Source of the DNA: Candidatus Woesebacteria bacterium GW2011_GWA1_39_21
GTDB lineage: Bacteria > Patescibacteriota > Microgenomatia > UBA8517
NCBI GenBank assembly: GCA_000993685.1
Contig: LBWP01000003.1
Span: forward strand, 6,196-70,195
Length of the DNA stretch: 64,000 nt
Direction of reading: 5' to 3'
Shown here: positions 21,075 to 31,418 of the stretch, piece by piece
Layout: every line of letters starts with the position of its first letter
How positions within the stretch are numbered: position 1 is the first letter of the stretch
Notes under the pieces: model-generated
What the model saw: the letters and a program-made list of their open reading frames with translations, nothing else
What the model was told of the DNA's origin: nothing
The model's database searches: none
Position numbers and translations under genes: made by a program

Positions 21075-22485
21075 GTTTTTACTAAAAGAAAAGGTGCTTC
21101 TTGTTGCGATTCTTATTGTTGGGTTTATTGTGCGTTTGTACAAGATTAATTCTCCAATTGCGGATTGGCATTCCTTCAGGCAAGCGGACACTGCGGCGGT
21201 TGCGAGAGTCTATTTAGAAAAAGGGATAAATCTTTTGGAACCAACGTACTACGATATTTCCAGAGTGCAAAGTGGGCATTTCAATCCGATTGGCTACCGT
21301 TTTGTCGAGTTTCCAATTTACCAGCTTTTACATGTTGAATTTTATCGAGTGTTACCCTTGTTTTCTTTTGAAGAAATAGGGAGAATGTTATCGGCCGTTT
21401 TTGCAGTAGTTACAGCATACTTTTTATTTCAAATCGCAAAACTGATTTTTGGGAAATATATTGGATTACTGACTGCTTTTATATACTTAATTCTTCCCTT
21501 TAATATATATTTTACGCGTGTAATTTTACCAGAGCCACTTTCGGTCATGCTGGGGGTTGTCGCTTTGTGGTTTTTTCTAAGGTATGAAAAGAGCAATCGT
21601 TTAAGTTTTCTTGTCTTGTATAGTATTTGTATGTCAGCAGCACTTTTAGTCAAACCTTATTTAGTTTTTTATAACTTTTATCCTTTATATTTCTTTCTGA
21701 AAAAATATCGGCTTAAAAAACTGTTTTTGAACAGGGAGACATTAATTGTTTCCATAATTGTTCTTGTTCCATTCATACTTTGGCGCATATGGATTTCACG
21801 CCATCCGGAGGGGATACCTTTCTGGAATTGGACCTTCAATGGCGATGGTGTGCGCTTTAAGCCAGCTTTCTGGTATTGGATATTTGGAGAACGTATTGGC
21901 AAGCTTATTTTAGGCATTTGGGGAATTTATCCATTCCTGCTTGGTCTTGCAAAAGTTAGGAAAAACGCATTTGTTGTCTCAATGCTTGTGGGATCACTAA
22001 CATATCTTTGTGTCGTTTCCACAGCAAACGTCCGACACGATTATTATCAAACGTTGATCATTCCCTCCATTGCACCGGTTGTTGCCATTGGTTTTGGAGA
22101 AATGATAAATTCCGCGAAAAAGAAATTAACAGAATTGGGTTTTCCACTTGTGATATTTCTGCTTATGATTCTGATATCCGCCTTTCAAGTAAAAGAGTAT
22201 TACAAAATCGATCACCCAGAAATTATCGAAGCCGGGGAGGCTGTCCAACAATTGACGCCACCCGATGCTTTAGTTATTGCCAGTTACAACGGCGATACGG
22301 CATTTTTGTACCAAACAAATAGGAAAGGTTGGCCAGTTGTAGAGCTTCCGATTGACGAGTTGATTAATGAAGGCGCTTCTTATTATGCCTCCGTAAATCT
22401 TAATGATGCGCAGACGATTGAATTTATGAAAAGATTTCAAATTTTGAAAAGGACAAACAACTATGTCGTACTTAAACTAAAATAG
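21058..22485 (+). CDS. GT-C (ArnT-like) membrane glycosyltransferase
   Basis: 'DWHSFRQADTA', 'EFPIY', 'LVKP', 'HDYY'. Confidence 0.8.
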   Translation: MRKLFRFLLKEKVLLVAILIVGFIVRLYKINSPIADWHSFRQADTAAVARVYLEKGINLLEPTYYDISRVQSGHFNPIGYRFVEFPIYQLLHVEFYRVLPLFSFEEIGRMLSAVFAVVTAYFLFQIAKLIFGKYIGLLTAFIYLILPFNIYFTRVILPEPLSVMLGVVALWFFLRYEKSNRLSFLVLYSICMSAALLVKPYLVFYNFYPLYFFLKKYRLKKLFLNRETLIVSIIVLVPFILWRIWISRHPEGIPFWNWTFNGDGVRFKPAFWYWIFGERIGKLILGIWGIYPFLLGLAKVRKNAFVVSMLVGSLTYLCVVSTANVRHDYYQTLIIPSIAPVVAIGFGEMINSAKKKLTELGFPLVIFLLMILISAFQVKEYYKIDHPEIIEAGEAVQQLTPPDALVIASYNGDTAFLYQTNRKGWPVVELPIDELINEGASYYASVNLNDAQTIEFMKRFQILKRTNNYVVLKLK

Positions 22486-22488
22486 AAG

Positions 22489-23697
22489 ATGAAAATTTTA
22501 ATGCTTGTTCCCTACTTACCGACGATCACGATGAGTGGCGGGCAAACACGCTGGTACAATATCATAAAGTATTTAGCAAAAAAACATGAAATTACCCTCT
22601 TTTCCCTGATTAAAGACGAATCTGAAAGAGAGTTAGTTCCTGAACTTTTGAAGTATTGTAAAAAGGTTAAAGTTTTTAAACGTCCACAAAAACCTTGGAC
22701 GATTAGAAACATTCTTTTATCTGTTTTGGGGCCTTTTCCACTCCTTGTTGTTCGCAATTGGTCGTTTGATGAAATGAGATCGCTTCAAAGAGAGTTAGTT
22801 ATGGAAAAGTATGACCTGATTCACACAGAGACTTTTTATGTTATGCCGCATTTGGGAAAAACGAAAGTGCCGGTTATTCAGGTGGAACAGACTATTTGGC
22901 ATGAAGTATATAAACATCACGTGGAGAGTGAAATACCGTTTTTTTTACGACCGTTGTTCCTTATTGATGTCGCAAAAATTATTTTTTGGGAAAAGTTTTA
23001 CTGGAAGAAGGCAGATAGATTATTCGCTGTCTCGGAAGAGGACCGTGATCTTATGAAAAATCTTCTACCCGATAAGAAAATTGGAATCATCCCCAATGGG
23101 GTGGACAGTAAATATTACACAAGTTCGAAAATAAAAAGACATGACCCACCACGAGTTTTGTATGGTGTTTCTAATTTTGAGTGGTTGCAAAACCAGGAGG
23201 CAGTAAAACTTTTATTGGATGAAATCTGGCCACAGATTAGAAAAATATATAAGGCTCCACTTAAGCTATGGATTGTTGGGAGGAAAATGCCGGAGTGGAT
23301 TAAAAACAGCGCGCGCCAAAACAGTGACGTATTCATTACCGAAAATATTAAAGACGCAAGAGACGCATATGCTTCTGCGACAATTATGATAACGCCAATA
23401 AAAGGAGGCGGTGGAACCAGGATAAAAATTCTGGAGGCAATGGCTGCTGGATTACCGGTTGTTTCTACAAGTATTGGGATTGCTGGACTCAAAGTTGAAA
23501 ACGGCAAAAATGTATTAATTGCTGACACTTCTGAAGACATCGCCGAAAACGCGGTAAAACTACTTAACGACGAGAATCTCTTGAGAAAAATCGGTAAGAA
23601 TGGCCAACTTCATGTTGAAAAATACTTTGACTGGAAATCGATTGTCATGATGCACGAACCGGTATATAGGGACCTGATTAGTATCAAAAATGATTAA
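22489..23697 (+). CDS. Glycosyltransferase family 4
   Basis: 'SGGQTR', 'PNGVD', 'GGGTRIKILEAMAAG'. Confidence 0.9.
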   Translation: MKILMLVPYLPTITMSGGQTRWYNIIKYLAKKHEITLFSLIKDESERELVPELLKYCKKVKVFKRPQKPWTIRNILLSVLGPFPLLVVRNWSFDEMRSLQRELVMEKYDLIHTETFYVMPHLGKTKVPVIQVEQTIWHEVYKHHVESEIPFFLRPLFLIDVAKIIFWEKFYWKKADRLFAVSEEDRDLMKNLLPDKKIGIIPNGVDSKYYTSSKIKRHDPPRVLYGVSNFEWLQNQEAVKLLLDEIWPQIRKIYKAPLKLWIVGRKMPEWIKNSARQNSDVFITENIKDARDAYASATIMITPIKGGGGTRIKILEAMAAGLPVVSTSIGIAGLKVENGKNVLIADTSEDIAENAVKLLNDENLLRKIGKNGQLHVEKYFDWKSIVMMHEPVYRDLISIKND

Positions 23698-24592
23698 AAA
23701 ACAGTTGGCGATTGTCGTCCTCAATTACAATACACGCGACCTACTTGATGGATGTTTGACTTCACTTAAAGCTCTCGTAAACGAACTTTTGTTTGAGGTG
23801 ATTGTTGTTGATAACGGTTCAACCGACGACTCTGTAGAGATGGTTAAAGAAAAATATCGTTGGGTCAAACTGCTTGAAACCGGGGGAAATCTTGGATTTG
23901 CCCGTGGTAATAACGCAGCCAGAAAAGTTATCAAAAACGATTATATTTTATTTTTGAATTCGGACACGTTAGTTGGCCGTGGTGTGCTAGTAAAGTGCCT
24001 AAAATACCTAAAAGATAACAATTTAGGAGCGCTGACCTGTAAGCTCCTTCTCGAAGACGGTTCTTTAGACCCGGACTGCCGAAGATCGTTTATCACGCCG
24101 TGGATTGGCCTTTCGCACCTGTTTTTGAAATTGGACAGAATCTTTCCCAGGTCGAAATTGTTTGCGAAGTACTGGTACGGATACCTGTCGCAGGATTTAA
24201 TCCATGAGGTCAATGCAATACAGGGTGCGTTTTTTTTAACGTCGAAAACAGTTTTGGATGAAGTAGGGTGGTTTGACGAGGACTATTTTTTGGATGGTGA
24301 AGACATTGACTTGTCATGGAAGATTAAAAGCCACGGTTATAAAATTGTCTATTATCCAGAGGCCTCGATTACACATCTAAAAGGAGCAACTAAAGGTAAG
24401 AACCGTAAAGATAAAAAATACATCAGTTTTCAAGATAAATTAAAGTATAGATTGTCTGGGGTAAACTCGATGGAGATTTTCTATAGAAAGAGGCTTTGGA
24501 ATAACTATCCTACTTATCTGAATTATCTGGTCATTTTTGGCATCAAATTTCTTAAACTCATACGTACAGTGAAAATACTAATTTTCAAATGA
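23690..24592 (+). CDS. GT2 (rhamnosyltransferase-like)
   Basis: 'VLNYN', 'NLGFARGNN', 'FLNSD', 'GEDID'. Confidence 0.9.
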   Translation: MIKKQLAIVVLNYNTRDLLDGCLTSLKALVNELLFEVIVVDNGSTDDSVEMVKEKYRWVKLLETGGNLGFARGNNAARKVIKNDYILFLNSDTLVGRGVLVKCLKYLKDNNLGALTCKLLLEDGSLDPDCRRSFITPWIGLSHLFLKLDRIFPRSKLFAKYWYGYLSQDLIHEVNAIQGAFFLTSKTVLDEVGWFDEDYFLDGEDIDLSWKIKSHGYKIVYYPEASITHLKGATKGKNRKDKKYISFQDKLKYRLSGVNSMEIFYRKRLWNNYPTYLNYLVIFGIKFLKLIRTVKILIFK

Positions 24593-25734
24593 GAATACTT
24601 ATTGACGCGAGAATGTATGGTTTGGAGCACACAGGGATTGGAAGATATCTTATTAATTTAATTGAGCAGCTTAAAAGAGAATCGTCGAATTCGATAGAAA
24701 CAAAACATCACTTTATTATTCTTTTAAGAAAAAAATATTTTGAGACGTTAACCTTTTCCAAAGGTTGGGAAAAAATTCTGGTAGATATCCCACATTATGG
24801 TATAAGGGAACAACTTTTACTTCCAGGCATAATTGAAAAACATAAACCTGATCTTGTTCATTTTCCACACATTAATGTCCCAATTTTTTATAAAGGCAGA
24901 TACGTTGTAACTGTACATGATATAACAATGCAAAAACAGGGGATCGCAGCGACTAAACTACCGCTTCCAATATATTTTCTCAAACGGCTGCCTTTTTTAT
25001 GTATCAGCAAGTTTGCTGTAAAAAACGCCAGTAAGATTATCGTACCTAGTAAAACTACAGCAACAAATGTTGCAAACTTTTATAACATGTCGATACAAAA
25101 AATCGTCGTGATTTATGAAGGTTTTGACGATCGGATTTCAATTGCGACAAAGTATTTAAACGAGATTGATGTTTTGTCAAAATATGATTTGCTCAACAAA
25201 GATTATTTTTTCTACGTTGGTAATGCATATCCACACAAAAATTTGCCGATTGTTATTAGGGCAGTGAAGGATCTTAACGAAAATAAAAATATGCACATTT
25301 TCTTTGTAATTGCGGGACTGAAAGACGACTTTCATCAACAACTGTCGGATTTTGTAAATGACTTGGGCGCAGGCGGGCATATAAAACTTGTGGGGTATGT
25401 TAAGGATGAAGAACTGGCAATTATTTACAGGAATTCAGTTGGATTTGTTTATCCATCGCTGTCGGAAGGTTTTGGTTTGCAGGGACTTGAAGCAATTTCT
25501 TCGGGAACCTTTCTGGTGTGTTCGAATATTGGCGTTTTTAAAGAAGTTTATGGGTTTCACGCATTTTATTTTGATCCGAAGAGTGTTGATTCTATTTCTG
25601 GAACACTCTATTCAATTTCCAATATGAGCAAAGTTGATAAGAATAAATACATTAGAGCTGCCCAGGCATATATTAAAAAATATTCCTGGAAAAGAATGGC
25701 TGAAGAGACACTGAAGGTCTATGAAGGCGTATGA
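24589..25734 (+). CDS. Glycosyltransferase family 4
   Basis: 'TGIGRY', 'GNAYPHKN', 'PSLSEGFGLQGLEA'. Confidence 0.9.
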   Translation: MRILIDARMYGLEHTGIGRYLINLIEQLKRESSNSIETKHHFIILLRKKYFETLTFSKGWEKILVDIPHYGIREQLLLPGIIEKHKPDLVHFPHINVPIFYKGRYVVTVHDITMQKQGIAATKLPLPIYFLKRLPFLCISKFAVKNASKIIVPSKTTATNVANFYNMSIQKIVVIYEGFDDRISIATKYLNEIDVLSKYDLLNKDYFFYVGNAYPHKNLPIVIRAVKDLNENKNMHIFFVIAGLKDDFHQQLSDFVNDLGAGGHIKLVGYVKDEELAIIYRNSVGFVYPSLSEGFGLQGLEAISSGTFLVCSNIGVFKEVYGFHAFYFDPKSVDSISGTLYSISNMSKVDKNKYIRAAQAYIKKYSWKRMAEETLKVYEGV

Positions 25735-26843
25735 AGACGGCAATTGTCTACGATCGGGTAAACAAGTTCGGTGGGGCAGAGCGTGTCCTTCTTGTTCTGC
25801 ATGAAATCTTTCCGAAAGCACCTTTGTATACATCAGTTTATTCTCCACAGAACGCAACTTGGGCGAAGGTTTTTCCTAAGGTATATACGAGTTTTTTAAA
25901 TAGGTTTCCCTTTTTGAGAAATAACCATGAAATTTTGAGTATTTTTATGCCTCTAGCTTTTGAGTCTTTCAATTTTGATGACTACGACTTGGTGATTTCG
26001 GTAAGTTCTGAAGCAGCAAAAGGAATTATTACTAAGCCAAAGACAAGACATCTATGTTATTGTTTAACTCCGACCCGTTATTTGTTTAGCGGTTTTTCGC
26101 AGTATAGAGACAATCCTCCCGGGGGACTAAAACTAATTCCTTTTTACAAAAACATCTCGAACCCATTTATTAGTTATCTGAAAAAATGGGACCAAATCGC
26201 TGCCGGAAGACCGGATGTGATGATTGCCATTTCGAAAGAGGTGCAAAACAGAATAAAAAAATATTATCACAGAGATAGCAAACTGATATTCCCACCTGTT
26301 GATGTAGTAAAATTTAGGAATAAATCGGATTTTAAACCAAAAGAGAAAAATTATTATTTGATTGTCAGTCGGCTTGAACCATATAAAAAAGTTGACTTGG
26401 CGATCGACGCTTTCGTAAAGCTAAAGAAGAATCTGGTTGTAATTGGTATTGGCAGTCAACTGGGAACTTATAAATCGAAGTACAAACAAAACAAAAACAT
26501 TTTATTTGAAGGTTTTGTTCCCGACGACGAACTGCCTGGGTATTACCAAAACGCCAGGGCATTTATTTTTCCCCAGGAAGAGGATTTTGGAATTACAGCA
26601 GTTGAGGCGCAGGCTTCTGGATCTTTGGTAATTGCGTATAAAAAAGGCGGTGCGTTGGATACAGTTGTTGATGGAATTACCGGCGTCTTTTTTGATAAGC
26701 AAGACGTGGAGAGTTTAATCACAGCTATTAAAAGACACGAAAGAACAAAATTTGATAAAAATATCCTCTGGAGAAACGCAAAAAAATTTGATTGCAAACG
26801 CTTTAAGAAAGAAATTGTAGACTTGTTGGAAATAAACGTTTAA
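25731..26843 (+). CDS. GT4, WbaZ-like mannosyltransferase
   Basis: 'GGAERVL', 'SRLEPYK', 'EDFGITAVEAQASG'. Confidence 0.9.
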   Translation: MKTAIVYDRVNKFGGAERVLLVLHEIFPKAPLYTSVYSPQNATWAKVFPKVYTSFLNRFPFLRNNHEILSIFMPLAFESFNFDDYDLVISVSSEAAKGIITKPKTRHLCYCLTPTRYLFSGFSQYRDNPPGGLKLIPFYKNISNPFISYLKKWDQIAAGRPDVMIAISKEVQNRIKKYYHRDSKLIFPPVDVVKFRNKSDFKPKEKNYYLIVSRLEPYKKVDLAIDAFVKLKKNLVVIGIGSQLGTYKSKYKQNKNILFEGFVPDDELPGYYQNARAFIFPQEEDFGITAVEAQASGSLVIAYKKGGALDTVVDGITGVFFDKQDVESLITAIKRHERTKFDKNILWRNAKKFDCKRFKKEIVDLLEINV

Positions 26844-26856
26844 TATTGGTATTACA

Positions 26857-27915
26857 ATGATACCAGTGATGATTTGTGGCGGTTTTGGTACAAAGATGTG
26901 GCCTTTAAGCCGTGAACATAAACCAAAACATTTTCTGCCGTTGATCGGCGAAAAATCTCTCTTTCAGCTGAACTACGAAACATTAAAAACACATTTTAAA
27001 CCAGAGGAAATTTACATTTCTACTAATGAAGATCAGTTCGAATTGGGAAAGTTGAATGTGCCCGAGATTCCGCCGGAGAATTATATTCTTGAACCTGAAA
27101 TGAGGAATCAAGGACCTGCAACAGGACTGGTAGCAGCGTTTTTATATAAGAAAGGTCTAATGGACGAACCTTTTATGCTCGTTCAAACCGACGTTATCAG
27201 AGAGCCTGCTGAGGCGTTTATAAAAATGATGTTGGATTGCGATGTGGTTGCGCGCAAAGAGAGTAAGTACTTAACCGGGGGAAAACGAACCGATTACCCT
27301 GCGATGGGAGTGGATTATCTTATAAAAGGTGAGAAAGTTTCGGACGAGGGGTCTGTTGGGATTTATAATGTGGCTAAGTTTGTCTGGAGAAGTACAAAGG
27401 AACAGACGGAAGAGCTTATTAAACAACAGGGGGCGTTGATACACACAAACCATACTTGTATGACTCCCAAAAACCTTTTGAGTATGTTGCAGAAGTATAA
27501 ACCGGAATGGTATGAACCTTTGATGAATTATGTCAACGGATCTGATTTGAGAATTGAGTATCAAAAAATGCCTCCAGGCCCGATTGAAGATGTAACCCAG
27601 CAAGTTCATGCAAATGGCGAGTCATTAGTTGTTGAGTTACCTTTCCAATGGTTTGATTTTGGAACGTTTGACAACTTGTACGAATATTTGAAATTAAGAG
27701 GTCTTTACAAAACACCGGAGAATGTTGTTGATTTAGACGGGCACGACAATTTTGTTCGTCTGGATGATGCAAATAAGGTTGTTGGAATTGTTGGAGTTGA
27801 CAACTTAGTTGTAGTCGATACTGGAGATGCACTACTTATTTGTGATAAGAAAATGGCGAGCCGTGTCAATGAAGTTTTGAAGGAGGTTAAGAATAGAAAT
27901 ATCGCGCTGACATAG
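26857..27915 (+). CDS. Mannose-1-phosphate guanylyltransferase (ManC-like)
   Basis: 'CGGFGTKMWPLSR..PKHF', 'WFDFG', 'VVVDTGDALL'. Confidence 0.85.
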   Translation: MIPVMICGGFGTKMWPLSREHKPKHFLPLIGEKSLFQLNYETLKTHFKPEEIYISTNEDQFELGKLNVPEIPPENYILEPEMRNQGPATGLVAAFLYKKGLMDEPFMLVQTDVIREPAEAFIKMMLDCDVVARKESKYLTGGKRTDYPAMGVDYLIKGEKVSDEGSVGIYNVAKFVWRSTKEQTEELIKQQGALIHTNHTCMTPKNLLSMLQKYKPEWYEPLMNYVNGSDLRIEYQKMPPGPIEDVTQQVHANGESLVVELPFQWFDFGTFDNLYEYLKLRGLYKTPENVVDLDGHDNFVRLDDANKVVGIVGVDNLVVVDTGDALLICDKKMASRVNEVLKEVKNRNIALT

Positions 27916-27953
27916 TCGGAATTTGAAAGCGATATATAAATCGTGGGCTGAGT

Positions 27954-28607
27954 ATGAATTACGAGGTAGCAAAGCGAATAATTGATGTAGTTGGCGCAGT
28001 AATTCTTCTTATCGTTTTTTCTCCAGTGATGTTGGCGGCAGCGATTGCAATAAAATTGACTTCACCAGGTCCGATATTTGTTGAAAAAGACAACTTGCAT
28101 ATGAGAAGACTTGGAAAAAACAGGAAGCTGTTTCGGCTTTTCAAATTTCGTTCAATGATGGTTAAGGCCGACGTTTTGGAAAAAACAGATCCTCGTTTTA
28201 AAAATGTCTATATGGAAAAAAGAAAAAGTGGAAATTACAAACCGGTAAACGATCCGCGAATTACTCCAGTCGGAAAATTTATTAGAAAACACTCGATTGA
28301 TGAGATGCCTCAACTGATTAATGTTTTAAGAGGGGAGATGAGTATTGTTGGCCCGCGTGCTTATCTTCCTGATGAACTCCAAGAACAACAAAAAAAATTC
28401 CCAGGTACACAGAAGTATGTTAAAGAGATGTTGACCGTGAAGCCTGGAATAACTGGGTTTTGGCAGGTCAATGGTAGAAGTGAGGTCAATTTTGACAAAA
28501 GGATTGAGATGGATGCATATTATGCTAGAAAGAAATCTATAGTTTTTGATGCTCTGATTATGCTCAAAACTCCAATGGTTATGGTTTCTGGGCGGGGAGC
28601 AGTCTAA
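27954..28607 (+). CDS. Priming sugar-phosphate transferase (bacterial sugar transferase family)
   Basis: 'KFRSM', 'DPRIT', 'SIDEMPQL', 'SIVGPR', 'KPGITG'. Confidence 0.92.
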   Translation: MNYEVAKRIIDVVGAVILLIVFSPVMLAAAIAIKLTSPGPIFVEKDNLHMRRLGKNRKLFRLFKFRSMMVKADVLEKTDPRFKNVYMEKRKSGNYKPVNDPRITPVGKFIRKHSIDEMPQLINVLRGEMSIVGPRAYLPDELQEQQKKFPGTQKYVKEMLTVKPGITGFWQVNGRSEVNFDKRIEMDAYYARKKSIVFDALIMLKTPMVMVSGRGAV

Positions 28608-28696
28608 TTACAAAATATTTTAAGTGCCGTTAGTGGTAGTTAACTTACTGTTGCGTGCTTCTTTTATAAGTTCTTGTTTTTGTGTAACATAAAAAG

Positions 28697-30763
28697 ATGG
28701 AGAGTATTCCGAAAATCACACCGGGTGAGCCTTTAGTTTCCGATAAAGATGTGTATAATGTCAAAAGTGCTGTAGACCCGAGCCAAAAAAGACAAGAAAC
28801 TGTTTTGATTCCAAAAATAAATATGGAGGAAAATAGTGCAAATCTGAACTCAACCATTTCAAACACACCCGCTACCCCTATGTCTCGGAGTAAGTCGCGT
28901 TCAAAACTGCTTCGCATTTTATTACCGGGTATGCTGGTGCTAGTCGTGCTTCTACTTGTTTTTGGATTTTTGTCGTGGGGGGTTTATAAAAGTGCGCTTA
29001 GCGTAAAGGATCACGCAACAAAGGTGAAAGATAGTTTAATCCAAAAAGATTTGAATTTGACTTCCGACGAGTTGGGAAAATTCAAAACATCAATTGAAGA
29101 TCTTAATAAATCTTACTCCAGACTTGTTTTCATTAAACCGATACCTTTCATCGGATCTTACTATCGCGATGGCACTCACATGATAAACGCAGTGCTTGAT
29201 GGCGTTGACGCCGGAGGAATACTTTTAGATTCTGTAAAACCTTATGCAGATATTATTGGTTTTAAGAGTGATGGAGGTGCAAACCCGGCAATTCGAACGG
29301 CGCAAGACAAAATTGACTTCGTAATTAAAACTGTCCCCGAGATAGTTCCCAAGATCGATGAACTTTCGGAAAAGGTGAATTTGGTGAATCAAGAACTTTC
29401 CGGAATTGATCCCAACCGGTACCCGCAAAACGTAAAAGGCTTTGCATTAAGACAAAACATGGTAAGTGCATTTGAACTACTTGACTCTGTTGATCATTTG
29501 ATTTCGGAAGGTAAGCCACTACTTTCAAAGTCCGATTACTTTTTAGGTGTTGAAAGCCCGAGGACTTATATGATCATTTTTCAAAACGATAAAGAATTAA
29601 GGCCGACGGGCGGATTTATTACTGCGTATTCGATTGCGAGAGTTGATCGAGGAAGGTTTATTCCAGTAACTTCAAGTGATATTTATGATCTTGATAACAG
29701 ATACCAGCCGACAATCAAAGCGCCTGACCAGTTTCCGAAATACCTAAAAGGAATTTATGTTGCTCTGAATCGTTTCCGCTTGAGGGATATGAACTGGAAC
29801 CCAGATTTTGAGCAGTCGATGAATGTTTTCTCACAGGAAATTAAGAAGGCGGGAATATCAGATATTGATGGAATAATCGCCGTAGATACACAGATGCTTG
29901 TTAATTTGTTGGAGGTCTTGGGGAAAGTTAACGTTCCAGGTTACGGTGATTATTCCGCGGACATTACGCCGGAGTGTAAATGCCCCCAGGTTATTTATGA
30001 ATTGGAAAGTTTTGCTGACACAGAAGGGGCGATTGTTTGGAGTGAGAATGAGCCGGGAAAAATTGTTTATGCACCACCAAATTACGACGACAGGAAAAAA
30101 ATTATCGGACCACTTATGAACTCCATACTTTCGGCAACCTTGGGCCAACCAGATAATAGATTTCCACTTCTTTTTGAAGCCGCAGTTAAATCCTTTACAG
30201 AAAAACACGTTCTCTTTTATCTTTTCGACAAAGACGCAGAGGATGCAGTAAAGGCCTTTGGTGTTGGTGGTAACATAAAGGACTATGGTGGTGGCGACTA
30301 TTTGTACATTAACGATGCGAATTTGGGCGGAAGAAAATCAAATTTGTATGTGACACAAGAAGTAACACAGGAGGTTGCATCTAAAGGCGATCGTTTGGAA
30401 AAAACCCTAACAATTACATACAAGAACCCTGAGAAACAAGATGGGTGGCTGAACTCGGTTCTTCCCAACTGGATCAGAATTTATGTTCCAAAAGGTAGCG
30501 AGGTGTTAGAAAAAGACGGATTTGAAGAGTTTGTCGATCCGTATGAAGAATCGGGAAAGACAGTCTTTGCGGGATTTGTTAGTATCAGGCCTCAAGGTGT
30601 TGCGAAGGTAAGTGTTAAATACAGTGTCCCGGTAAATTTCGGTAAGGAGTACCGTCTTTTTATTCAAAAACAACCCGGAAAAGATGCACCTTTATATAGC
30701 ATTTCCTTTGGAAGGAAGAATAAAGAATTTGCACTAAAAACTGATCAGGAAATTAGATTATAG
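28697..30763 (+). CDS. DUF4012-like membrane-anchored protein
   Basis: One TM helix; 'FQNDKELRPTGGF', 'RDMNWNPDF'. Confidence 0.75.
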   Translation: MESIPKITPGEPLVSDKDVYNVKSAVDPSQKRQETVLIPKINMEENSANLNSTISNTPATPMSRSKSRSKLLRILLPGMLVLVVLLLVFGFLSWGVYKSALSVKDHATKVKDSLIQKDLNLTSDELGKFKTSIEDLNKSYSRLVFIKPIPFIGSYYRDGTHMINAVLDGVDAGGILLDSVKPYADIIGFKSDGGANPAIRTAQDKIDFVIKTVPEIVPKIDELSEKVNLVNQELSGIDPNRYPQNVKGFALRQNMVSAFELLDSVDHLISEGKPLLSKSDYFLGVESPRTYMIIFQNDKELRPTGGFITAYSIARVDRGRFIPVTSSDIYDLDNRYQPTIKAPDQFPKYLKGIYVALNRFRLRDMNWNPDFEQSMNVFSQEIKKAGISDIDGIIAVDTQMLVNLLEVLGKVNVPGYGDYSADITPECKCPQVIYELESFADTEGAIVWSENEPGKIVYAPPNYDDRKKIIGPLMNSILSATLGQPDNRFPLLFEAAVKSFTEKHVLFYLFDKDAEDAVKAFGVGGNIKDYGGGDYLYINDANLGGRKSNLYVTQEVTQEVASKGDRLEKTLTITYKNPEKQDGWLNSVLPNWIRIYVPKGSEVLEKDGFEEFVDPYEESGKTVFAGFVSIRPQGVAKVSVKYSVPVNFGKEYRLFIQKQPGKDAPLYSISFGRKNKEFALKTDQEIRL

Positions 30764-30798
30764 TTGATAAATCCGCCAAATTTTCTCTATCTTCAAAT

Positions 30799-31344
30799 AT
30801 GTCTAGAAGTTCGTTTTCTACAGAGGGAATTGTTCTTGCAAGAAAAAATTATGGGGAAGCAGATCGCCTATTAACTATTTTTTCTAGGCACTACGGAAAA
30901 ATATTTTTGTTGGCGAAAGGTGTTAGAAAACCGAAAAGCAGAAAAAGAGGACATATTGAGATTTTTTCCAGAGTCAGATTTTCATTTGCGAAAAATGACA
31001 ACTTTGTATTGATGAATGAAGCGGAGTTGATCGATTCTTACCAGCAGATAAGAACAAATTTGAAAAAGGCCACGCTTTCCTACTATTTCGTCGAGGTTAT
31101 TACAAAGATCATTCCGGGTGAAGAGAAACACGAGGAGCTTTACAACAAATTAATTGAATACCTTCAACATTTAAAGTCATCCTCAAAACTTAAACTGCTA
31201 AGGCTCAATTTTGTCGAGGAAGTTTTGGTGCTTTTAGGTTATTGGCCGCGGGGTAAAGTATTTATGGATGCAGATAGAGTTCTTGACGCGGTTTTGGAAA
31301 GACAAATAAATTCCAAAAGGGTTGGGGAAAAGATACTTCATTGA
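30799..31344 (+). CDS. recO: DNA repair protein RecO (short form)
   Basis: 'EGIVL...YGEADRL..F...GK...AKGVRK'. Confidence 0.9.
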   Translation: MSRSSFSTEGIVLARKNYGEADRLLTIFSRHYGKIFLLAKGVRKPKSRKRGHIEIFSRVRFSFAKNDNFVLMNEAELIDSYQQIRTNLKKATLSYYFVEVITKIIPGEEKHEELYNKLIEYLQHLKSSSKLKLLRLNFVEEVLVLLGYWPRGKVFMDADRVLDAVLERQINSKRVGEKILH

Positions 31345-31418
31345 TCGCAAGTAAGTTTTGTGCAACATACACCAAACTGTGTTTTAAAAATATATAAATC
31401 TGATATAAAATGTCGGGG

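Noticed and set aside
24685-24694. TCGAATTCGA palindrome in a GT4 gene
   Set aside because: Short and isolated; expected by chance in 64 kb.
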